12,054 nt of DNA from Archangium sp. (GCA_031367385.1 JANLPS010000464.1:1-12054); one strand, 5' to 3'; shown: positions 1-7,130, numbered from the stretch's first letter. The notes: generated from the letters alone by a model not told the origin. Made by a program: numbers and translations.

Positions 1-655
1 GCTGGGAAATCGGCACGTTCGCGATGTCTCCACCTGAGACGACCACGTCGCGCACCGTCGGCGTCGCGCGCAGGTACTCGAGCATCTGCACCCAGCGGTC
101 GGGCTGGCTGGTCTTGAACTTGAGCTTGTCGACCTGCGGCACGTCGTTGCCCACGAGATCCATTCGGGTGCAGTGGCCGCAGTACTGGGGGCAGGTCGAG
201 AGCATCTCGGCGAGCACCTTGGTCGGGTAGCGGTGGGTCAGGCCTTCGACCTTCCACATCTCGGCTTCGTGCAAGGAGTCGCGCGAGGCCTTCGGGTGGT
301 TCGGCCAATCGGTACGGCGGTCTTCGAACGCCGGCAGCATGTAGCGGCGCAGCGGGTCACCCCACAAGTCGCCCATGTTCATGGTGTTGATCATGTGCGG
401 GGTGAGCAGAATCGACATCGTCGCGCGCTCTTTTTGATCTCGGTCGATCGACGCGGCGAGGTCTTCAGGCAACAGGTTGCCCAGGGCGGCACGCAGCTCT
501 TTGAGGTTCTTGACGGTGTGCTTGCGCTGCCACAACGCGGTCTCCCACTCCTGGGTGGTGACGGTCTTGTAACCGGGTATGCGCGTCCAGTCGGGCTCGA
601 CGAATTCGCGGGCGAGTGGGTACTTGAAGGGCTGCGCGGCGGTGGGGTTCGGCAT
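1..655 (-). CDS. kamA: KamA-family radical SAM aminomutase (lysine 2,3-aminomutase), N-terminal 218 codons; runs off the left edge
   Basis: Manual translation from ATG at 655: MPNPTAAQPFKYPLAREFVEPDWTRIPGY...DSLHEAEMWKVEGLTHRYPTKVLAEMLSTCPQYCGHCTRMDLVG...VRDVVVSGGD. Contains the CxxxCxxC radical SAM motif and the KamA-typical GLTHRYP and V(V/L)SGGD motifs. An in-frame TGA at 745-743 limits upstream extension. Substrate specificity is inferred from the family. Confidence 0.93.
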   Translation of the reverse strand, partial: MPNPTAAQPFKYPLAREFVEPDWTRIPGYKTVTTQEWETALWQRKHTVKNLKELRAALGNLLPEDLAASIDRDQKERATMSILLTPHMINTMNMGDLWGDPLRRYMLPAFEDRRTDWPNHPKASRDSLHEAEMWKVEGLTHRYPTKVLAEMLSTCPQYCGHCTRMDLVGNDVPQVDKLKFKTSQPDRWVQMLEYLRATPTVRDVVVSGGDIANVPISQ

Positions 656-1288
656 GGGCGTCTCATGCCATGCAAGTGCGAGCGCCGCAAAGTGCTTCGA
701 CGCAACGCGATGCGGCGAGGGCTTGAACCGAACACCTACACCTCAGACAGTGCCGCCCGTGCTGAAACCGAGTCGAAAGCCTCCCGGGCCAATCACCTCG
801 CGCGACGGAGGCCGGCGCTCCGAGGGCGGCGACTCCGGCATGATGCTTCGCCCGACGCAGGAAGCGCCGATGCGGGCAGGGTCGTCGATGCCGGCTGGCT
901 CCATCTATTCGGAGGCCTTCGCCGACGCGGGGTGCTCGAATCCGACCTGCCAGGTCGGGGTCAGCTGCGGGCACGGTGAGCAACGCGTGCGGAGTCAGCG
1001 TCGAGTCTGGCGGGTGGCGTGCCGAATGTGTGTGCCGCCTGCACCGCGCCGACCGTCGAGGCCGACTACGTGCTGCTGAGCCCTGACCCTGTCTGCTTCA
1101 GGCCTGCGGCGTTCGACAAAGCAAAACTGCCTCAGCGTATGCGGCGCATACTGGAGCTGAGTGTGTGCGCGAGTCGGCGCGAAAAAAAAATTGGGCGGGC
1201 CGAGTGGCAGCAACTACGGTGCACGCCCCGCGGCCGTTCAATTTTTTTTCGGCGCGCAACACCAAAAACAACACACCTTGGAGTCTCT

Positions 1289-3376
1289 CTGAAACCGACC
1301 ACACTGCTGCGGAAGTCGATTCTTTCGGCTGCCGCGATCTTTGCTTTGACGAATTGCGCTGGCGCTGCCGGATCTGACGGCAAAAATGGAACCAATGGTT
1401 CGAACGGAACCAACGGCACCAATGGGACGAACGGGCTCACCGCGCGGCTGAATGTCGCACCAGAAGCCGCGGGTTCGAACTGCGCGCAGGGCGGCACTCG
1501 AATCGATTCAGGTCTCGATGCCAACGCCAACGGCACGCTCGACACGAGCGAAATCGGCGCGACGCAGTTCGTCTGCAACGGGGCACGGGGTGACGCGGGC
1601 GCCAACGGAGCGAATGGCACCAACGGCATGGACGGGACGAACGGAACGAACGGCACCAATGGAGTCGATGGCTTCAGCGTTCTGGTCGTGATGGGAACCG
1701 AGCCCACCGGGTCGCACTGCGCAGCGGGCGGTATCAAGGTCGATGCCGGCGCCGACACCAATCGCAATGGGTCTCTCGACGTGAGCGAAATTTCGTCGAC
1801 GGCGTACGTGTGCACCGGGCTCAACGGCACCAACGGCACGAATGGAACCAACGGCACGAACGGCATGAATGGCATGAACGGAACCAACGGCATGAATGGC
1901 GCCACTGGTGACGCGGGCGCGAATGGGCACAACAGCCTTGTGGCGAGCGTGGCTGAGCCAATGGGAGCGAACTGCCTGTACGGCGGCCGAAAAATCACCT
2001 CAGGCGTCGACGCGAATGACAACAACGTGCTCGACGTCGCCGAAGTGGCGGCCACCAGCTACGTCTGCAACGGCCCCGGCGTGGCATGGGTCAACGTGAC
2101 GGCGGCGACCACGGTGCAAATGGCCTCGAACACCGGCTACATCGTGAACAACAGTGCGTCGACGGTGACGCTGACGCTCCCGACGACTCCGGCCATTGGC
2201 GACACGGTTCGCATCAAGGGCGCGGGGGCTCCGGGCTTCGTGATCGCGCAGAACGCGCTGCAATACGTCAACCTCTCGGGCGCGCAGCCCTACGCCTCGC
2301 TCTCGGGCAAGACCTGGTCTTCGGTGAAAGACACCGCGAGCACGTGGGAGATCTCCGTCGACAGCTCGTCAGACGGCCAGACGGTCGCCAGCTTGAACCA
2401 CTGGACCAATCAGGTGCTGGTCTCAAAAGACGGCGGCAAGACCTGGGCAGGCCCTGGAATTGCGATTGGTGACGTGAACCTGGGTGACATCACCATCTCG
2501 CCCGATGGCACGACGATGTACATTCGCTCGTTCACTGCGGCGAATGGGTTCTACGTGTCGACTGACTCCGGAGCGTCGTGGACGCAGAAGACCACCCTCA
2601 CCGGCCTCATCGCCTTCTCGGCCTACACCGGTGGCATCGTGGCGATCGGCACTTCGGGCGTGACGCTCGGCGTGTACGTCTCGACCAACAACGGTACGAC
2701 CTGGTCGCCCTTCACCATCCCCGGAGTGCCGGCGTCACCGTGCTGGACGTCAATCTCCGCGTCGTACGACGGCAAGAAGATCGCGGTCGGTGGCGATGGC
2801 AACGGCTCGTGCCCCATCATCCCCGTGTTCGTGTCGAAAGACAGCGGAGCGACGTGGACGCCGAGCCCTCTGGCCACGGGGCCGCTGCAGAACCGAAATC
2901 AACAGGTCTCGGTCTCGCCCAGTGGCAACCTGGTGGTGGTGACCTCGGGCAACGCGGGCATCCCGGTGTACGTGTCGACCGACGGCGCGACGTGGTCGAA
3001 CACCGGCGCGTTTCAAACGCCTGCGCTCCCGGCTGCCATTTCGGGTGAAGGGCGTCGCATCGTGCTCTCTGACCCGAGCAACTCGAACATTCACGTCTCG
3101 AACAACCGGGGCGCGACGTTCACGACGTACAACGTGGGTCACAACACGGTGAACGTGGCGGGGTCGGCTGACCTGTCGTCGCTGTACGGCGGCAACGGTC
3201 GTACACAGGGTGGGCTCGTCTACAAATCAGTCTCGACGCTGAGCACGACCGGCCTGTCGACCGTCGGAGTCACCGGCACGACCACCGGCGGCAGCAACGA
3301 CGCGCTCGAGTTGCAGTACCTGGGCGCGGGCCAATGGGGCCTGCTGAGCTTCGTCGGCAACTTCCTCGTCGAGTAG
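1289..3376 (+). CDS. Surface lipoprotein: three Gly-X-Y (GTN) collagen-like tracts alternating with three ~46-aa Cys-pair repeats (DUF7151-like), then a BNR/Asp-box beta-propeller
   Basis: Signal-like KPTTLLRKSILSAAAIFALTN-C (Cys at 1355-1357). Repeat consensus E-x-x-G-x-[NH]-C-x-x-GG...G-x-D-x-N-x-N-x-x-LD-x-x-E...VC. Six Asp-box-like motifs (SKDGGKTW, STDSGASW, STNNGTTW, SKDSGATW, STDGATW, SNNRGATF). Start placed at CTG 1289 because GGAG lies at 1280-1283; the ORF-track start 1019 is unlikely. The CDS is secure, the start less so. Confidence 0.85.
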   Translation: MKPTTLLRKSILSAAAIFALTNCAGAAGSDGKNGTNGSNGTNGTNGTNGLTARLNVAPEAAGSNCAQGGTRIDSGLDANANGTLDTSEIGATQFVCNGARGDAGANGANGTNGMDGTNGTNGTNGVDGFSVLVVMGTEPTGSHCAAGGIKVDAGADTNRNGSLDVSEISSTAYVCTGLNGTNGTNGTNGTNGMNGMNGTNGMNGATGDAGANGHNSLVASVAEPMGANCLYGGRKITSGVDANDNNVLDVAEVAATSYVCNGPGVAWVNVTAATTVQMASNTGYIVNNSASTVTLTLPTTPAIGDTVRIKGAGAPGFVIAQNALQYVNLSGAQPYASLSGKTWSSVKDTASTWEISVDSSSDGQTVASLNHWTNQVLVSKDGGKTWAGPGIAIGDVNLGDITISPDGTTMYIRSFTAANGFYVSTDSGASWTQKTTLTGLIAFSAYTGGIVAIGTSGVTLGVYVSTNNGTTWSPFTIPGVPASPCWTSISASYDGKKIAVGGDGNGSCPIIPVFVSKDSGATWTPSPLATGPLQNRNQQVSVSPSGNLVVVTSGNAGIPVYVSTDGATWSNTGAFQTPALPAAISGEGRRIVLSDPSNSNIHVSNNRGATFTTYNVGHNTVNVAGSADLSSLYGGNGRTQGGLVYKSVSTLSTTGLSTVGVTGTTTGGSNDALELQYLGAGQWGLLSFVGNFLVE
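1361..2071 (+). repeat. Intragenic repeat block: 9-nt (Gly-Thr-Asn) tracts at 1361-1441, 1580-1678 and 1817-1933, interleaved with three homologous domains at 1442-1579, 1679-1816 and 1934-2071
   Basis: 9, 11 and 13 consecutive G-X-Y triplets counted in the translation; each is followed by a 46-codon unit ending in [FY]VC[NT]. Confidence 0.9.
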
Positions 3377-3401
3377 TCGTCGACGCGGGTGCAGCGCCGT
3401 G

Positions 3402-3437
3402 AAGGGGTGCCCCAGTGGAAAGGGGCGCCCCTTTTTT
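3402..3437 (+). terminator. Rho-independent terminator
   Basis: Stem GGGGTGCCCC (3404-3413), loop AGTGGAAA, GGGGCGCCCC (3422-3431), then T6, 27 nt after the TAG at 3376. Confidence 0.88.
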
Positions 3438-3494
3438 AATTCTTTTGCGCGCATTTGACGCGAGGCCCGTCAGTGAACGAAGAGGGCCATCACC

Positions 3495-5858
3495 ATGAAA
3501 CGACTGGGTGTGCTCGCGGTCATGCTCGGCTGCGGGTGCTTCGATTTGAACCCGGGCAACTATCGCTTCGTCATCGACTCGGGCGTCGCCACCGAGGCAG
3601 CGTCGTGTGCTCGCGCCTGCAGCACCCCGCCCGCCCGGCACTGCGTCGCCGGGGTGACCCTCGAGGCGTTCCCCTCTCGAGGGGTGTGCGCATCGGCGAC
3701 CGGGTGCTCGTATTCGCCAGTGTTGATCGCCTGCGCCACCGCGTGTGATGCGGGCCAGTGCGTGAACGAGCCGTGCGCCGGCGTGTTCTGCGACCAACCT
3801 CCACTGACCGTGTGTCACGACGCGACCCACGCGACGGTGTTCGAATCGAATGGCAGCTGTACTGAAGGCAGCTGTGCGTACGCCTCGCTGGTGGTCGATT
3901 GCCCCGGGGGGTGCGCCGATGGTCGCTGCGCCGGCAACGCCTGCGCCGGAGTCGCCTGCCAATCACCCCCCGCCGCGGTCTGCCTCGATGCGCACACCTT
4001 GCGCGCCTTCGGAGCGGCCGGTCGATGCGTGGAGGGCGCTTGCACGTACACCTCGGCCGACTCGAGCTGCGCGCAAGGGTGCGCCGACGGTTCCTGCGTC
4101 AACGACGCGTGTACGGGCCGCGCGTGCAATCAGCCTCCCGCGAATGTGTGTCTCGATGATCACACCGTCAGGTTGTTCGCCGCGTTGGGTTCGTGCAGCG
4201 GAGGCGCGTGCTCGTACACGCACTCCGACAGCTCGTGTGCGTGTCAGTCAGGGCGGTGCTTCACGCCGTCGACGGTGTGCACCGCGAGCGCGTGCTCGAA
4301 CGGGTGCTGCGATGGTGATGTGTGCGTGACGGCGCAAGACGCGGCCCGCTGCGGCAGTAGCGGCGCCGAGTGCGGAGCGTGCGGCTCGGGCTTCTCGTGT
4401 CAGAGCGGTCAGTGCCGTGACATCGACGAGTGCGGCATTGCGCACGGCGGGTGCGCGGCGTCGGCGACGTGTACCAACACACCTGGCGGCCGCACCTGCG
4501 CCTGCCCACCGGGGTGGAGCGGCGATGGCCTGACCTGCACGCCTCCCTTCGATGCGGGCCCCGTGCAGTGCTCGGCCTCGAACTGCAACGGGTGCTGCGA
4601 TTTCAATGGCCAATGCCAGGCGAGCACTGCCCAGACCTGCGGCGTGAAGGGGCAGAGCTGCATCACCTGCCCCGGCACCACCGGTTGCACGCAGTACGGA
4701 GGCTGCACCGAGCTCATCTGCAACCCGACCACGTGCCCCACCGGCTGCTGCGATCGCGACGGGTACTGTCAACCTGGCACCTTCACCTCAGGCTGCGGCG
4801 GTGGCGGGCAGGCGTGCAGCTACTGCGCGGCGACGTGCACCAATCGGGTGTGCGCCCCGTACCAACCGCCCTTCAACGACGGCGGCATCGCGTTCGACCG
4901 CTGCGAGAACGCAAAGGTGATCGCGGCGGGCGACTACGCGCTCGAGACGACCTTTGGCAGCCAAAACGACTACGTGAGCATGACGAACGACACCTGCCAC
5001 TTCGGAGACGGAGCGGACCGCGTGTACCAAGTCACGATACCCGCGCTCAAGCGCATCGAGGTGGGGGTTGACCAGGGCACCATCTCCGGAGCCACCGCGA
5101 GCCTGATCATCGGCGGCGTCTCGGCGTGTCTGCAACCAGCCACCTGCGCGGCGACTTCGGTGCCGGTGGGCTCGGGCGCGTACAAAGTGTTCTCCTGGTA
5201 CAACGCGTCGTCTCAAGCGCAGAACGGGTACGTGGTGGTCGACACGGTGCAAGCCTCTGGTGCGGGCGCCTATGTTCTGTCGGTCTCCTACTCCGACGTG
5301 CCGGCGGCAGATCGCTGCGAGCGTGCGGTGCAGCTGCAAGACGGGCTCGTCATTCACGGCGACACGGCATCGCTGGCCAATGACTACGACACCACTCAGG
5401 GCAGCTGCTCAGACGTGAATGCAGGCAATGATGCGGTGTACACCATCAATGTGCCGGGGCGCGCGGGAGTGCAGTTCAAGGTGACCCCGGTCACGCCCAC
5501 GCTCAACACCTCGATTTCGTGTTCGACCTCGCAGCGTGATTGCGCGCGGCGGTTTTGCACGTCGAACAGCAACACGAGCCCTGCGGGCGGGGTTGATACG
5601 CTCGGGTGGCTGAACCCGGAGTCGACTCCGAAGCAGGTGTACGTGGTGGTTGATTCGCAGTTCGGCGTGAGCGGCTTGTTCGACATCGTCGCGGTGTTGC
5701 GGCCGGGCATTTGCGACTCGGTCACCTGCACCACGGGGTGCTGCGTGAACAACCAGTGCGCGACGTTTGAATCAGACGACCTCTGCGGCACCGGCGGAGC
5801 GACCTGCACCGCTTGCCCCGGCGCCACGCGGTGCTCGGCGTCGGGTCAGTGCCAGTAG
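3495..5858 (+). CDS. Myxobacterial-type Cys-rich lipoprotein with four 56-aa Cys repeats, a calcium-binding EGF-like domain, GCC-type Cys repeats and two PPC-like beta-sandwich domains
   Basis: GAGGG upstream of the ATG; MKRLGVLAVMLGCGC lipoprotein-like signal. Repeats start at 3606, 3774, 3942 and 4110 (168-nt period). DIDECGIAHGGCAASATCTNTPGGRTCACPPGWSGDGLTC (4419-4538) fits the EGF-Ca pattern. Two domains begin DRCExA and contain GxDxVY (4896 and 5310). Confidence 0.9.
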   Translation: MKRLGVLAVMLGCGCFDLNPGNYRFVIDSGVATEAASCARACSTPPARHCVAGVTLEAFPSRGVCASATGCSYSPVLIACATACDAGQCVNEPCAGVFCDQPPLTVCHDATHATVFESNGSCTEGSCAYASLVVDCPGGCADGRCAGNACAGVACQSPPAAVCLDAHTLRAFGAAGRCVEGACTYTSADSSCAQGCADGSCVNDACTGRACNQPPANVCLDDHTVRLFAALGSCSGGACSYTHSDSSCACQSGRCFTPSTVCTASACSNGCCDGDVCVTAQDAARCGSSGAECGACGSGFSCQSGQCRDIDECGIAHGGCAASATCTNTPGGRTCACPPGWSGDGLTCTPPFDAGPVQCSASNCNGCCDFNGQCQASTAQTCGVKGQSCITCPGTTGCTQYGGCTELICNPTTCPTGCCDRDGYCQPGTFTSGCGGGGQACSYCAATCTNRVCAPYQPPFNDGGIAFDRCENAKVIAAGDYALETTFGSQNDYVSMTNDTCHFGDGADRVYQVTIPALKRIEVGVDQGTISGATASLIIGGVSACLQPATCAATSVPVGSGAYKVFSWYNASSQAQNGYVVVDTVQASGAGAYVLSVSYSDVPAADRCERAVQLQDGLVIHGDTASLANDYDTTQGSCSDVNAGNDAVYTINVPGRAGVQFKVTPVTPTLNTSISCSTSQRDCARRFCTSNSNTSPAGGVDTLGWLNPESTPKQVYVVVDSQFGVSGLFDIVAVLRPGICDSVTCTTGCCVNNQCATFESDDLCGTGGATCTACPGATRCSASGQCQ

Positions 5859-5896
5859 GGAGGATCGCTTCGACTCGGTGTGGCAACAAAGCGACC

Positions 5897-6310
5897 ATGC
5901 GAATTCTGCTCGTGTTGTGCGTGGCCATCTGCGGCTGTGTGTTTCTGACCGCTCGTGATTTTCCGACGAAGGCGGGGGCGGGCACCCAGCCCGAGCTCAC
6001 CTGGGAAGGCGGGCCTGTGGGTCACGTGCAGGTGTCGGAGAAGCTGACCGCGAGTGACGGCGGCACGTCGTGGAATGACCGGGTCTTCGACATTCAAGGG
6101 CCACTCGACGGGCAACGAAATGTCGTCTCGTCACCGTACACCCTCGGCGCGAGCCTCCCGGAGGGCGCGGTGCAGTACCACCCGGCCACCAACAGCTGGG
6201 ACACCGCATTCGAGCCCGTCACGCTGACCCCGGGGCACCACTACGTGATTCACCTCGGGCGCTACAACGCGAAGAGCCTCGACTTGTCAGACCTCGAAGT
6301 GACGCCCTGA
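5897..6310 (+). CDS. Small hypothetical lipoprotein (137 aa), probably beta-rich
   Basis: MRILLVLCVAICGC signal/lipobox-like N-terminus at ATG 5897 and GC-rich third positions. The ORF-track start 5813 overlaps the upstream gene. Confidence 0.8.
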   Translation: MRILLVLCVAICGCVFLTARDFPTKAGAGTQPELTWEGGPVGHVQVSEKLTASDGGTSWNDRVFDIQGPLDGQRNVVSSPYTLGASLPEGAVQYHPATNSWDTAFEPVTLTPGHHYVIHLGRYNAKSLDLSDLEVTP

Positions 6311-6328
6311 GAACGGGAACGGGAACGG
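6311..6328. repeat. Hexamer tandem repeat (GAACGG)3
   Basis: gaacgggaacgggaacgg directly after the TGA at 6308-6310. Confidence 0.75.
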
Positions 6329-6351
6329 GGTAGCCGCTGCTGGGCCGGCGG

Positions 6352-6360
6352 TGGTAATCT
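6352..6360 (+). promoter_or_regulatory. Putative extended -10 promoter (TG-G-TAATCT) for a leaderless transcript
   Basis: TGnTAnnnT ends 6 nt before ATG 6367 and there is no Shine-Dalgarno sequence. Confidence 0.6.
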
Positions 6361-6366
6361 TCGTCG

Positions 6367-6618
6367 ATGGCACCGAGCAACTCTGATGACGAGCGCGCGC
6401 GTGCCCTTCGAGCGACCGAACGACGACTTCGCATGACCGCCAAGGTCGTGCTCCTTGGCGAAGAGCTCGAGTCGTCTCCACGACGCACTCCGCAAGAGTG
6501 CATTGAGCTGATGTTCGAGCTGACTCAAGCGGCCTGGGTCTTCAGCGGCGCGCCCTGGCCCGACCTGCCGCGATCAGAGTGGCCGGTTCGCAGACGAAAT
6601 CTGGGCGAACCTGCGTGA
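6367..6618 (+). CDS. Small hypothetical protein (83 aa), putative antitoxin/partner of the downstream nucleotidyltransferase
   Basis: Its stop overlaps the next start (GTGA, 6615-6618). Helical segment RTPQECIELMFELTQAAW. The role is inferred from gene arrangement. Confidence 0.75.
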   Translation: MAPSNSDDERARALRATERRLRMTAKVVLLGEELESSPRRTPQECIELMFELTQAAWVFSGAPWPDLPRSEWPVRRRNLGEPA

Positions 6619-7091
6619 AGCTCCCGACTGACTTTCGTGACGCATTGGTCTGCTTCGCCGATGCCGGGGTTGAGTTCGTGATCGTGGGCGGCTTCGCCGT
6701 TGCCCACCACGGCTATGTTCGCGCGACCAAAGACATCGATGTGCTGGTGCGCGCGAGCACCGAGAATGCCGCCAAGGTCATTGACGGTCTGATCGCCTTC
6801 GGCGCCCCCATTCAGGCGCTCAAGATTGAGCCAACTGATTTCGCGCACGAAGGAAAAATCATTCAGCTCGGAGTTCCACCGCTCCGAATCGATCTGCTGA
6901 CGAGCGTTTCGGGCATCGACTTTGACCGGGCTGTCAACGGTGCCTCGGCACTCGAAGTCGAGGGCCGAACAATTCGGGTTATTGGGCTCGACGCACTCCT
7001 GCAGAACAAACGCGCCGCAGGGCGACCACAAGACCTCGTTGATGTTGCCGAGCTCGAACGACAAAGGCCGCAGGGCTCCCGGCCGTTCTGA
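6615..7091 (+). CDS. Pol-beta-superfamily nucleotidyltransferase (DUF6036 / MenT-AbiEii-like), putative toxin, 158 aa
   Basis: Motifs VIVGGFAV..HG..RATKDID (GG plus DxD), RIDLL and NKRAAGRPQDLVD. GTG start at 6615 is coupled to the upstream stop. Confidence 0.88.
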   Translation: MKLPTDFRDALVCFADAGVEFVIVGGFAVAHHGYVRATKDIDVLVRASTENAAKVIDGLIAFGAPIQALKIEPTDFAHEGKIIQLGVPPLRIDLLTSVSGIDFDRAVNGASALEVEGRTIRVIGLDALLQNKRAAGRPQDLVDVAELERQRPQGSRPF

Positions 7092-7101
7092 GCAAGAATC
7101 G

Positions 7102-7130
7102 GAGGCGCCGCCATCACGGGCCGGCGCCTC
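7102..7130. terminator. GC-rich hairpin between convergent genes (possible terminator or stabilising stem)
   Basis: GAGGCGCCG (7102-7110) pairs perfectly with CGGCGCCTC (7122-7130); no U-tract on either side. Confidence 0.5.

Noticed and set aside
670..688. Possible sigma-54 promoter for kamA (minus strand CGGCGCTCGCACTTGCA)
   Set aside because: GG-to-GC spacing is 11 nt rather than the required 10.
743..904. RiPP precursor for the neighbouring radical SAM enzyme
   Set aside because: The enzyme is KamA-type, acting on free amino acids rather than peptides, and no RiPP machinery is visible.
173..979. 268-aa plus-strand ORF, and overlapping ORFs 24-230, 391-735, 579-1079 and 663-983
   Set aside because: Antisense or off-frame shadows of kamA and its GC-rich upstream region; the minus-strand frame has clear KamA motifs.
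1019..1288. N-terminal extension of the 785-aa ORF
   Set aside because: It crosses palindromes and A/T tracts and would bury the signal peptide about 90 residues inside the protein.
1132..5827. Many long alternative-frame and antisense ORFs inside the two large lipoprotein genes (also 9399-11679 and 7196-7983)
   Set aside because: Expected by-products of high GC3 coding DNA; Arg/Pro/Ala-rich with no motifs.
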